NCBI GenBank assembly: GCA_037447605.1
Contig: CM074808.1
Span: 2,418,001 to 2,482,000 of the forward strand
Source of the DNA: Zygnema circumcarinatum SAG 698-1b
Taxonomy: Eukaryota > Plantae > Zygnematophyceae
Direction: 5' to 3'
DNA length: 64,000 bases
The position numbers were made by a program, and so were the translations under genes. Under the pieces are notes generated by a model that saw only the letters and a list, made by a program, of their open reading frames with translations, had not been told where the DNA came from and searched no databases. The first letter of the stretch is position 1, and each line of letters begins with the position of its first letter. This document shows, piece by piece, positions 24,155-35,296 of the stretch.

Positions 24155-27016
24155 TCATCGAGTCTCCAGCTTAAGGACAAGTATAGAAAGGTCATCATGG
24201 AAACCCCGCCGCCGATCACCAGCCGGCACGGCCAGCAGCTCCTGATACGTGAGACCTGCGGAATTCGCAGACAATTCCATTCAAAACAGAAACTTAGAAA
24301 AGGACACAGTAACGCATCCAAACGAGTCATGAAATAGTTCCTTAAATCCAGCATGCATGCACATCTGGCAAAATGACCTGTGCACCTCTCAGTGTGGAGA
24401 GTCCAATTTCTGCTTCTGTCATTGACCTGGGCCAAGAGTATATCACCTGCTTGAGCAGCTGCCCTCTCGAGGGCCTCCTGCAAGAGCACCTCCGCGGGGT
24501 CAGTCTCCATCTCCTGTCCGTTAGACCGTTCCAACAGCGCAACCACCTCCTCCGGGTCGAGCCGCTGGTAGAGCCCGTCTGATGCCACAACGAGCCATTT
24601 GTCGTGTGGACCAAGACGATGGTGTTGCAAGTGGGGGACTGAGGAAAGGTATGGCGCATTCCCGATATACTTGACTCGGAATATTCCTAAGAGTTCGTCG
24701 TTCAAATCACTCTGCACCAGGCCTGCCCCTTAGGATCTTGAGGCACCACCACGTGGCGATACAGGAAGCCATTACTCTACAAGGAAAACGCTTTGACTGC
24801 CCAATTCTCTTGGCATGAGCACTTTCTGTTGAAAGCAACATTCTTTACGCACCATTTTCAAGTAAGCTGCTCCGAAGCAGCGAGTCCCTTTCACCTTCCC
24901 TTTTATCCGCTCCCTGACCACCAGCTCCGGATCCTCCTGCAGCCGCTCTGAAAGTCTCTCCATCTCCTGCACAGAATCCACAGTTCCATTGCACTAATGA
25001 ATGAGATTTTGTCAGTGCAGGACTCGTCCAACCAGCAAAACCCCAGGCCTCCGTTGACTGTCAGTTATTAATGAGTTCCAGTCGCAGCATACCTGAATCG
25101 CGGCATTTTATAGAAGTGGCCGCGCCAAGCAAATAATGTTAGCAGGACAACAACTATATTTCACGTGCAGTACATGTTTAGTCTTATATTAAAAACTTCA
25201 GAAATAAAATAGACTTGAAGAGCGTTGTCCAAAAGCACGCCCCATGCACACAGCACACAGAAAGCCGCCACGGCAGATGACCTTTCACCTTGGATGAGCT
25301 CGTATTATGCTCGGCAGTCAACTGCTTGGCCGAGGTAGAAAGGAGATAAGGTTGTAAGTATGACCAAGGTGCAGGCTTCATTTCCGACTCTGAAGAAACC
25401 GGATCGTCTTGCAACAAGCCTTCTTGCTTCAGCAGTGTTTCAATGCCGGCTTCCACGAGCCTTCGAGAAGACGACCTGTGCCCAAGTTTGGCACCATGTG
25501 CTGAATCGTGCAAACTGCCACTGTCGCTGCTTGCCCTAAGCCCATTAAAATTCGAAAGGTCCGCATTGCTTGCCTCCTTGCGCGGGGTCGAAGTGTTCAC
25601 CCCATGACTACACGCTGAGAGGGAGTCATCAGGATGCTTCCAACTGCCTGCTGCCCTGCCAGTGATTCCAACAAATGCTGAGCTGTCACCAAGATTTAGC
25701 ACATATACATCATCCTTGTACACCATTGTTACCACAACACACGAACCAACAAGAACTAGCTCGGGTCGATCGTGCCGAGTTAAACGGACATGCTCAAAGA
25801 ATATCTTTTCCGTGCTGGCAACAGCGCGTAGCAAACCTTGCAGAACTCTTTCGTGTTGCTTCGCTTCGCCAATTCCGTCAGTAGCACCATTTTGACCATC
25901 CCTACAAAAACCGTCAAATGCATTATCTGAACTTCTGCTTTCATGGTTCACATCCAGCGAACTTGGCTCCGCCTCGTTTGGAGTACTTTCAGCGAGCCTA
26001 CAAGGAATATCTGCTTCACTGTCCAGCATTCCTTGTCGATCGGCAGAGGCAAATGGCTGCCTGTGAGCCCCTGTTTCGCCTTCCGGATATGCTTTCTTCT
26101 CTGTCATGTCTTTCCCCCAAAGCACACCCTCTAGCTCCCGGTACACAGCCTCATACAAATTCTCTTTCAGAAATTCAGTTGCCTCATTTCCGGAGAACCC
26201 GTCAAAGACAGCCAGGAAAACAAACCCATGTATTGAAATTACTAACTGACACCTGTCCTCGCCCGCTTGAGCGTTCAAGTACTGTGTTTCAAGAAGCTGT
26301 CCCCCACTTCCCACTACCAAGTCCTCTCGAGAGAGACACCACGTGTAGCCCACAGGCGCATTCTGAGCTCCCACGATAGACAAGGACCTCACTGGAGCAC
26401 TTCTTGTGCGGAACCTAGCCACGTCCGTATTGAGCCGCGGAGCCCATTGCCTTTTCTCCTCCGACTTTGCTCGCTTTGGTGCTCTGCGCGCTACGGATGA
26501 AGATCCAGCCATTGTCTTGATTGACCTTAAACCACGAAAATAACCGTCAACCTTGTTGTTATCTGTGGAAGGCCCTGTTGAGCCTGGAAAAACTTTACTG
26601 CCTCCCGCAGACAGAGAAGCTACTTCATTTTCAATGTTTCGCGGAATCGAAGGAACTTTATAAACGGGAGGTAGGCACTGGGACTTCCCCGTCGACAGCA
26701 AAATGTGCGGCTTGAATGAAGAGGTGTAGCTCAAGTCATCAGAGCCCGCGGGAAAATGATGAGCGTCCATTGATGTCACACGCTTCACATTCAAATTCGC
26801 ACCCATAACTGCTCCCGATATCGACACAAACCGCGGAAGAGGGGCTCCGAATACCTCCTCTGACCCAAACCGACCACTGCCTGCATGCGGCACTCCGACC
26901 TCCACAGGCGCGGCTTTCAATTCCTCCGTTTCAACGCCTGGCATTCCACTGGCGATCGGCGAGGGATCCGCCTCGAGATGCGGCGGAGAGACGCGGGAGC
27001 TGCAGGCCCCCCCCAT
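24155..27016 (-). CDS. Protein phosphatase 2C, clade C (POLTERGEIST/PLL-like), 4 exons
   Basis: Exons 27016-25289, 24966-24853, 24711-24447, 24255-24155. N-terminal MGGACSS acylation motif. PP2C motifs: AGEDR, VFDGFSG, GSC..VLNLGDS, QLTAEH, TRCFGA.YLK, HHRL..WLVVASDGLYQ, DPAE.LL, GDRRR.FHDDLSILVL. Confidence 0.9.
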
Positions 27017-27267
27017 GGCCGCGCGGCGCCTGTGGGGCGGGCTCCGTCCCTCTCTCCCGGCCTCCCTCCCTCCCTCCCTCCCTGGAGGCCTGGAGCCGCG
27101 CTTGCGGCCATGGCCGTACGGATCCTTCGTACATTCCGTTTGTACGAAAGACGCGGTGGCGGTACGGCTGGCCCCTGCGCCGCTAGAACTTCGACGTGAC
27201 GTGACGGACCGTGGGGCCTCGCCGACTAGGCGAGGCGAAGACTAGAAGCCCAGTCGGACTAGAAGGG

Positions 27268-27293
27268 GAAAATTTCATTGAACTCGCGATGGC
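27268..27293 (+). repeat. Short fragment (copy C) of the dispersed element
   Basis: gaaaatttcattgaactcgcgatggc versus copy B gaaaatggcattgaactcacgatggc. Confidence 0.5.
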
Positions 27294-28184
27294 CGAAGCG
27301 TTTGAAGCGTTTGAAGGGAGTACTCTTGAGCACGGTGATCGTGATTTGACAGAAGTACTTGTTTTGTTATATAGTTGACGGACGTTTCTTCTCCAGTAAT
27401 ACGGTACTGACGTTTTGTATTTTTGTGAAGTCCTGGAGATGGATGGCAGGATGGGTCGAGTTTTTTGAGTACCGTACCGTACGGAAGGCGCAGTTCGGTT
27501 GGTCGGTTGGTGGTTCAACATGGCGAGGGCGGGCTGACATTGAGCATTCTCTAGGAAAATGAAACATGTTCAAGTCGAGATAGGCCTGGGAAGAAAGAGT
27601 ACCAAAGGTGACGATGGTTCAGGATAGGTCCAAACTCGAAGTGGGCAACAGTCACAAAACAAGCTCTTCTTGATTGTCGGAATGTTTCTTGGAAGGCGAT
27701 GCCCCCACTAGCTGTTGGGCGATGACAGCAAGTTCCTGCCACGAATGGAAGGCTTCCTCTGTCCGCTGCTGCTCGCACAGTTCCTACTACCGTCCGTCTC
27801 GACCTCAAACTCAAGTGTCCTGGTTAGACCAGCACAACCAGTACTAGCATTGTAGTTTTTTTAGAAAACTAAATTTAGTACCTTCCATATGTCTATAGTG
27901 TATGTCATACATTGTGTCATGTGTGTTTCCAAAGCAAAACAGTGCAACCGGGTTGAAACGGAGCAATGGAATCTACGATGCTTCGGGCACGTTTGCGAAA
28001 ATACTCAGTAGTCGTTCTTCCCACACTTTCTTTTGCCATGCCATTTTCTTCTTTCTTCACTGTTTTCTTTCGTCTTAGAACAAAATAAATAAATACAACA
28101 AAAGACCACAGAAACAAATGACAGCGCGACTGGCCATGGCCATGGGCCATGGGCGATGCATGCAATGAGCGGAGCGGAGCGGCG

Positions 28185-28235
28185 CATGGCATGGCATGGC
28201 ATGGCATGGCATGCCATGGCATGGCATGGCATGGC
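28185..28235 (+). repeat. (CATGG)n pentanucleotide microsatellite upstream of the methyltransferase
   Basis: About 10 units, directly visible. Confidence 0.9.
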
Positions 28236-28343
28236 GGCCGTCCTACGGCCGCGCCACATGGACATGGTCCCTCCTCCCTCCCTCCGCGGTTGGGCGAGGG
28301 TCGGCCAGGGCGAGGGCGAGGGCGAGGGAGGGCGCGTGGGAGG

Positions 28344-30719
28344 ATGGGCCGCGGGAAGGCGAGGCCGCGGGCGAGGGCGCGGGGCGAGGAGGAGGAGGAG
28401 GAGGCCCCCTCTGCGGCCAAGTACCTCCTCGCCGCGGGGCAGGACGACGGCGCCGAGGACAACCGCCACGCCCTCTACCAGCGCGCCGTGCAGGTGCTTC
28501 CTGCGGCTGCCGCTGCAGCTGCTTGCGTTGCGCTGTTTGCGAGAGCAGGAGGCTTCCAAACGAAGATGACGGAAATGCTTACAATTCTATTTTCAATTAG
28601 GCCAAGAGCCCAAGCTTGTCTTTCGAAATGTTCAAGTTGGAGTGTCCGAGGGCAAGCCGGTCCGTTTTGTCGCAGCATCGTCTAAGGAGCATCTAGGTCA
28701 ACTGGTCACAAAACAAGTTTTTCAGCATGAGCTGCTCCAATGGCTGTGCAGGGCCGTGGATAATGTAAGCTCTCAGCATCGACTGACAAGCTAGGCGGTG
28801 TTATCGGAGAGAACTGTTGCTACGGTTGAAGAAGGCCTTCTGTATTGCTCTTCTTTGTTCTTGAAGTATCTGAGGTCTTATTGCTATGCTCATTGGTTCA
28901 AATTCTCACTCATAAAATATCGCTCCTATCCGTTCGTATTCGGCTTCCAAGACTTGACTTGGCCGATCCCATGGCTGTAACTGGGCTGACATCGATTTTG
29001 GCCATGTAACGTGGCAGACACCCAAGGGGGACATCAGCTATCTCTGCAAGTTCTTTCTCACATATGTCGGTGGCCGGATCCCTCTCCATCTGCGGGAGGA
29101 CTTCTGCGGAACAGCTCTCATATGGTGCGCTTAGCATTCTGATTCTGCCTGGTTTGTAGGGGGAGCGGACGTCGATGGGCATTTTGTAGGAAAAGAGAAG
29201 GCTGGCGAGTGGCTTCGTTTTCTTTTTAGTAGCAGGAAAATCGATTGTAACGTCATTCTAAGGAGCGTTTTTGTGGTATGCCTGTTTCTGTAAAGGATAT
29301 TTCAAAATCAGGAAGGAGAGAGTGGGGACGGGGCAGGGGAAAATGATGATGCACTTCCCGAAATAAACTTGAAGGGCTGCACTCCCACCTCTGTGCAGCA
29401 CGGAATGGCTGCGAGGAGATTCCCGCAGAACGGCTACCGGGCTCGACCTGGACAGTGATGCCCTCACCTGGGGCATCCGCAACAACTTATCGAGCTTGCC
29501 GGGGGGTGGGGGGCGTCGCATGTGCATGCTGCTCGGCAATGTTCTGCGCCCCATCGCCGAGGCAGAACTGCTCGGGCCTCATGGAACATGCGACAGGGAA
29601 AACGAGGGGAACGAGAGTGAGAGGTCCGAGAACGAGGGTCTGCTTGAGGAGGGAGCTGAGGAGAGTCTTGAGGACGGAGGTCGAGAGGGCAAGCACGGAA
29701 TTCAATTAGGATTGGGCGAAAACTCTCAAAGGGACATTGACGAGAGGTTAGGTGAGAATGAGGGAAAGGTAGGAGAGAATGGTGAAGATGCCGGGCCTAG
29801 TGGGGATTGGAAAGGTGCGGATCCATTGTCTGTACTGGAGGCTCTAAGGGATAAAGAAGCGGATATTGTTTGCGCCTTCAACTTCAGCACGTGCTGTCTG
29901 CACGAACGAAAGGACCTGGTGCGGTACTTTAAACATGTCAAGGGGTCGATCAGCAAGGCAGGAGGAGTGTTCGCCTTGGACCTCTACGGAGGCATGTCGT
30001 CAGAGTGCGCTCTGAAGTTGAAGCGGAGATTTCAGAATTTTACGGTCAGTTCTCACCGGCTTCTACTGGCATGGAGGTGGCATTGTTCTTGGTTGGAAGG
30101 TCTGTGTTGAGGCTGTAGTTCACAGCTCAGGCATTCTGACTTACAAGGAACGAAAACTGGCTGTTGATGAGACCCTTAAGTTTTCTGCTGCCAATCTACT
30201 CCCTCTTCAGAGTAGCACGGAACCAGTTAGGGGGTTCAAGCAGGGTAGCTGAATGGGATGGTGAGTCATTGGGAAGGGGGGGGACGCGGAAGGCTGTGCA
30301 GTACACGTGGGAGCAGGAGGAGTTTGATGTCGTGACGAGGATGACACGCATCAGCTTGCACTTCCGCCTGCAGGCGTCCAACCGCCAACTGCGCCGCGCC
30401 TTCTCCTACCAATGGCGCCTGTAAGCTGCGCGCCCTCTCGACCAGTTGCCTGCCGGTCTCGGCTGATAAGTCTGAGGGTGCTCTGCAATGACGAGCTTGC
30501 CGCGGGTGTGGGGGCAGGTGGACCATTCCCGAAGTGAGGGACTGTCTGCACGAGGCGGGCTTCAAAGAGGTGCACGTCTGGATGAGAGAAATGCCGGAGC
30601 TAAGGGCGAGGGAGAATGAGGATGACGAGGTTCAGGCGGATCCCAACCTGCAATTTCGTCAAGAGACGAGATTTCTGCAGTGTGATTCGTGGAATGCCTA
30701 CGTTGTGGCAGTTGTATGA
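28344..30719 (+). CDS. Class I SAM-dependent methyltransferase of a conserved uncharacterised plant family, 5 exons
   Basis: Exons 28344-28493, 29018-29124, 29399-30044, 30302-30420, 30518-30719, in phase. Motifs: LYQRAVQTPKGDISYL, REDFCGTAL..EWL, GLDLD, DIVCAFNFSTCCLH, GGVFALDLYGG, YTWEQEEFD, WRLWTIPEVRDCLHEAGF. Confidence 0.92.
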
Positions 30720-31666
30720 ACATTAGGAAAAGCTGTATGGTGGGAAGGACAAGGTTGAGGGAGAAGGTTGCTATTGTGATAAATGTAAAATGTTTTTCTC
30801 TTGAATATGTTTTTGTACGAATTGTATCCGTGTGATGGAGATGGGTTGTGGTGACAATCTGAATAGTTGTGGAGGAATATTTGTTTTTCAGTTGTGTAAG
30901 AATGTTTCTTTTTCTCTGCCTCCTCCTAGCCCCCCTCCATCTCCGCCTAGTTTGGAATTAGTTTTAGTGTGTACGTAGTGAAGTTGATTCATAATTGCTG
31001 TATTTTTTATTGAGATGAAAAATGCTTCTGATATATTTTAATTATAAATATTTTACATATTCCTCAAAAACCCACGGGTCTCTTGCTGCGCTTTAACCCA
31101 CGATGATTCTATGATTTAGTTTCTTTTTGTTTGTTATTGATTTGTTACAGTTAGCTTTCAACATTTATTTTTGCTGAGTAGTTTTGGTATTTATCAAGAG
31201 GAGAATGAGTAGGTGTTGATAAATGGTAAGTTTAAATGTGATTAAACATCAGCTTTGGGAATTTCTGTCTATCTGGCAGTATGAAACTGTGATAAAAATG
31301 GACCAATAGTGTGTTAAGTCATATATATGCTCGGCTAAGTGGCAATGTGTCGACTATTTTTTTCCTGATCTGACGCTTACTACATGCCTGGGAAAGTAAA
31401 ACGCATGCAGGCTGACTTGATCCGGCCCACGACTTATGCCATATTTACACCAATATTTACAATGAGTTGCGTACGGCGACAAGTACCATCCTAGCTCAGA
31501 CCAACATGATGGCAGCGGGGAGCCGCGCTCGCCGCTGAGACCGAGTACCTCCACGCGGTGACGTGCAGTGACATGCAGCAGCAGAAGGCGGCTCCAGGCT
31601 TCCAACGAATGCCGGAAAGGAAAAAGAGAAAGCGGTGCGGAGGCAGAGGCAGAGGCAGGGCGGGCC

Positions 31667-32691
31667 CTAGCAGGAGTGCAGCGCGTCGAGCGAGAGCAGG
31701 CGCTGCGGCGCGAGGAGGGGCGCGGGGGCGGAGGAGACCGCGCAGGCGGCGGCGCTGTTGCGCGTGGTGGTGCTCTGCAGGCTGCTGCTGCCGGGGGGCG
31801 AGGACCCCGCGTCCGCCGCGCGCCCGCTCTTCCAGTGCTCGAGCTCGCGGCGGGCGGCGGCCAGCTCGGCCTGGAGGTGCAGCACCTGCTGCTGCAGGAT
31901 GGAGATGGCGCCCACGCACCCGTACACAGGGTCCTTCATCCTGGCGTCCGCCTCGTAGGCCAGACTGTTCTCAAGCAGCAGGTTGCAACGCACAAAGTGA
32001 AAGCAAGAAGCGAGGACGACAAGGAGAGAAGTTTCAGTTTATATGCGAACTCATAGCCTAAGAACAACTGTGCACTAACCAGAAGATTCACTAGGAAATC
32101 TTTTTCTAAAAAAGAACCTGACCAAAAACCAATCGGAGAGAAATCTCAGGAGTTTGAAACATCTCAGAGCTGCTCGGATAAAGACAAAAGGTAGTAATCA
32201 CAAGTAAAACAGAATGCAATGAAACGCTTGAAAGTGTCAAGCTGGCATCAGGCTGCACTTTCCCCGGCCTCCCTCCCCCACCACTCAGTTCACGCCGCAA
32301 TGCGCATGTGCTCGCGCACGCGAGAGAGAGAGAGAAGGGCGAGAGGTAGCGCGAGAGCTCGCCTGCTGACGGCGTCCTCGCGAGAGTGCAGGGGCAGATC
32401 CGCGAGGAGGCGCGTGATGTTGGAGACCCCGAAGACGCGGTGCACAGAGGCGAAGCGCGCGGGCTGCTCTGCGGGGAAGTAGGGCGCGAAGGGGCACGCG
32501 GGCCCGCACCGCCGCCGCAGGTACTTGCCTGCCCACGCCCGCCCGCCCACTGTCAGTCAGACCTTCTGCGCTAGAAATGCCCTGCGGCGGGTGCCAGCGC
32601 AAGCGCGCACGCAGCAAGCGAGGGGGGCTCAGGGCGCGAGCTTGCGCTTACACGCAGCGCAGGCCGCCCCGCCGCCGTCCTTCCCCGCCAT
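31667..32691 (-). CDS. LBD: LOB-domain (LBD class I) transcription factor, 167 aa, 3 exons
   Basis: Exons 32691-32652, 32528-32363, 31964-31667. C-block CAACKYLRRRCGPAC, GAS block FAPYFP..FASVHRVFGVSN..DAVSSLAYEADARMKDPVYGC, and leucine zipper LQQQVLHLQAELAAARREL. Confidence 0.93.
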
Positions 32692-33272
32692 GACCCGCCC
32701 CCGACCCCGCCCGCGCGCCCGCTGCGGCCTTTTGGGCCCTGCCCGCCCGCCCGCCCCGTGACGCGTAACGGCCGCGCGCCGCCCGCCGCGCGCTGCGCTG
32801 CCACGTGGCGCGCCACGGCGGCCGGACTGGCGCGCGGGCGCGATTGCCGAAGGCGGCGGGCCGGTACGCCACGTGGACAGTCGCGCCGCCGCCACGTGGC
32901 GTCGCGCCGACAAAAAGCGGCCGGCCGGCAGGCGCGCGGGGGACGCGGCGGGGCGGGCAGGATGGATGCATGGATGGATGCATGGATGGATGGATGGATG
33001 GATGCATGGACGGGGATGGGGATCCCCTCCCCTCCCCTCCCCTCCCCTCCCCTCCCCTCCCCCTCCCGCACGCCTCTCCGCCCGCAGCGGGCCGCTCCCA
33101 CTCCCAGACGACAACAAATCCGCGGGCGTGCCCGCATCGAGCCCGCCCGGGAGGCCTCGGGAGGTCGGTTGGCGATGGACCGGGGCGAGCCGCATACGGT
33201 CACGTGGCACCTGGAGGGGCGCCTGCGGCCTTGGTATAGATCCGTACTATACACCTTGAGGTTCGATACAAT

Positions 33273-33432
33273 GTATAATACCGTATTAATACAGTATTAA
33301 TACAGTATTATACACTGTATAATACTCAGGTGCTAGTCCCTTGTTAATGTTAGGGGGTAGCTTGTCCCTTGTTAATGTTAGTAGAAAGCTACACCCTTGT
33401 AATGTTAGGAGAGGTCCCTTATTAACGATAGG
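33273..33432. repeat. Short tandem repeats: palindromic (GTATTAATACA-type) units, then four ~28-bp-spaced CCCTTGTTAATGTTAG units
   Basis: CCCTTGTTAATGTTAG-like copies at about 33338, 33366, 33394 and 33416. AT-rich palindromic 12-mers at 33273-33325. Confidence 0.75.
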
Positions 33433-33925
33433 ACGGATGGCACCCGACTTATTACGCTCAAAATCATTGGTGGGCTCGTCTATTATTGATATTTATTGCA
33501 TCATCAATGAGACGAACAACTCACTTGTCTTCTTTGGGTGTGACTATTATCAATAATAGAAAAAGGAGAAAGGTGTGGCTTTTTTTGTTGTGTGCATAAC
33601 GATTTTTCATCGTCATTTTGTTGTTGCTCTTCTTCTCTTATCCTTCCCGTGATGCCTTCACCACTGTAGATAGCAGCACTACCATATGGCCCATCATCAC
33701 CGTCCCCCTTGAAACTGCTCTTGTAGACCTAAATTTCAACACTACTATTTTGAGACGAGTATAAGGTGTCCTAGAGCTGCCTTACGGCTTGAAACTTCAA
33801 TTACTACAATTACCCTCTGTCTAAGTAGCAAGAAAACGATGAAAAGAAGTTAAATACATATAACGTACACTGCATCTTAAAATGTCGTTTAATACGCATG
33901 TATTATAATACGGGGTATTTTACGA

Positions 33926-34079
33926 CAAAGAGGAAAATGGCATTGAACTCACGATGGCGAGGCCATCAACTGTACATGAAGAAAAGCAGCATGTGGAACC
34001 ACGAGGGACTGGCCGCAAAGGACCTAGGCACAAAAGATAAAAGCTAAGAGCGGAAAACTACGCCTAGGCGCAACAACGC
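33926..34079 (+). repeat. Dispersed repeat, copy B
   Basis: Aligns with 5237-5399 and, in reverse, with 58947-59046. Confidence 0.85.
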
Positions 34080-34536
34080 AGCCAAATACAAAAACTACAA
34101 ATACTACAGGCGTTTCATACATACGGATCAATAGGCCTTGGCCTACGGTATGGCACTCGAGGGCAACGGAATTAGGGCCAGCTGGAGCCGTACGGCCATT
34201 AACGACCACCTGTGCACGTGGCGAGTCGCCGTTGGCGCGGCCCTCGCCTCAAAACAAAAATCTCTCCTCCCCTTCCGGCAGCTGAGCGCGGCCCGCCCAA
34301 TCCAACCCGCCCGCCCAGGGCCGCACGCGTATCGTACTCTCTTAGCGCCCCGCCAGCTATCCGACAAAATAATAAGACGCGTATCCGTAGGATTCCCCTT
34401 TTGATCACCGCACGCCCGCCCGCCGTTTTGTCGCCTACCGAGTCGCTCCTGAGTCCTGGCCGCCCGTCCGCCTATTTTGTCGCCGCGAGATCGCGAGATC
34501 GGTCAGAGTGGTGCGGATTGGCCACGCTCTCTGACA

Positions 34537-34735
34537 GGTCAACTCACGCGCGTACGGCCGGGTTGCCGACTCGCCCAGTCGCCCTCCAATTTGGCGCGTG
34601 CCGCTGGTCGCGGTCCCTGGGTCAACGCAGTTCAACGTGGACGACGACGACGCGGCACCGGTCGTCGCATGCACCGACACGAAGGTCAGCGCTGACTCGT
34701 GACAGCCAATGGGAGGCCGCGGGCGTCGCAGTCAA
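34537..34735. promoter_or_regulatory. Cluster of three W-boxes (TTGACY, read on the minus strand) upstream of the WRKY gene
   Basis: GGTCAA at 34537-34542, GGTCAA at 34620-34625 and AGTCAA at 34730-34735, plus further TGAC cores, 170-370 bp before the ATG at 34905. Confidence 0.55.
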
Positions 34736-34904
34736 GGGCCTGGTCGCCGCGATTCGAGGCTCTTTGCCAGTTGGCGCCCGCGCATTGGCGCGGCAGCTCC
34801 CCTTCTTAGCAAGAGGCGCGCCCACCGACCCGCCACCTCCCGCCGCGCCCGCGCTACCCGCCAGCGCCTGCCGCCTCCGCCCCCGGCCGCCGCCTGCCGC
34901 CGCC

Positions 34905-35255
34905 ATGAACTGCGGGCCCGCGCGGGAGTGCGAGGAGGCCCTCGCGCGCGTGGCCGTGCTCGGCCTGGAGGCCCTCCAGGCCGCGGAGGCGCTGCGCCCG
35001 GGGGGGGGGAAGGGCCTGGCCGGGGGCGACGGTCTAGGCGAGGGCGAGGGCGCGGGCGAGGGCGCGGTGGCGGCGGTGTGCGAGATGGTGCGCGGCGACG
35101 CGGCGCGCGCGCTGGAGGAGCTGAGCGTGGCGGCGGGGCTGCTCGTGGAAGCGGGCTTGGGCGCGCCGCACGGGTGGGTGGGGGCCGGGGATGGAAGGGC
35201 AGGTCGGCGGGGTGGGGCGGGGCGGGGCGGCTAGCGTGTGAGCGTGCCTGTGCGC

Positions 35256-35296
<41 letters not shown>

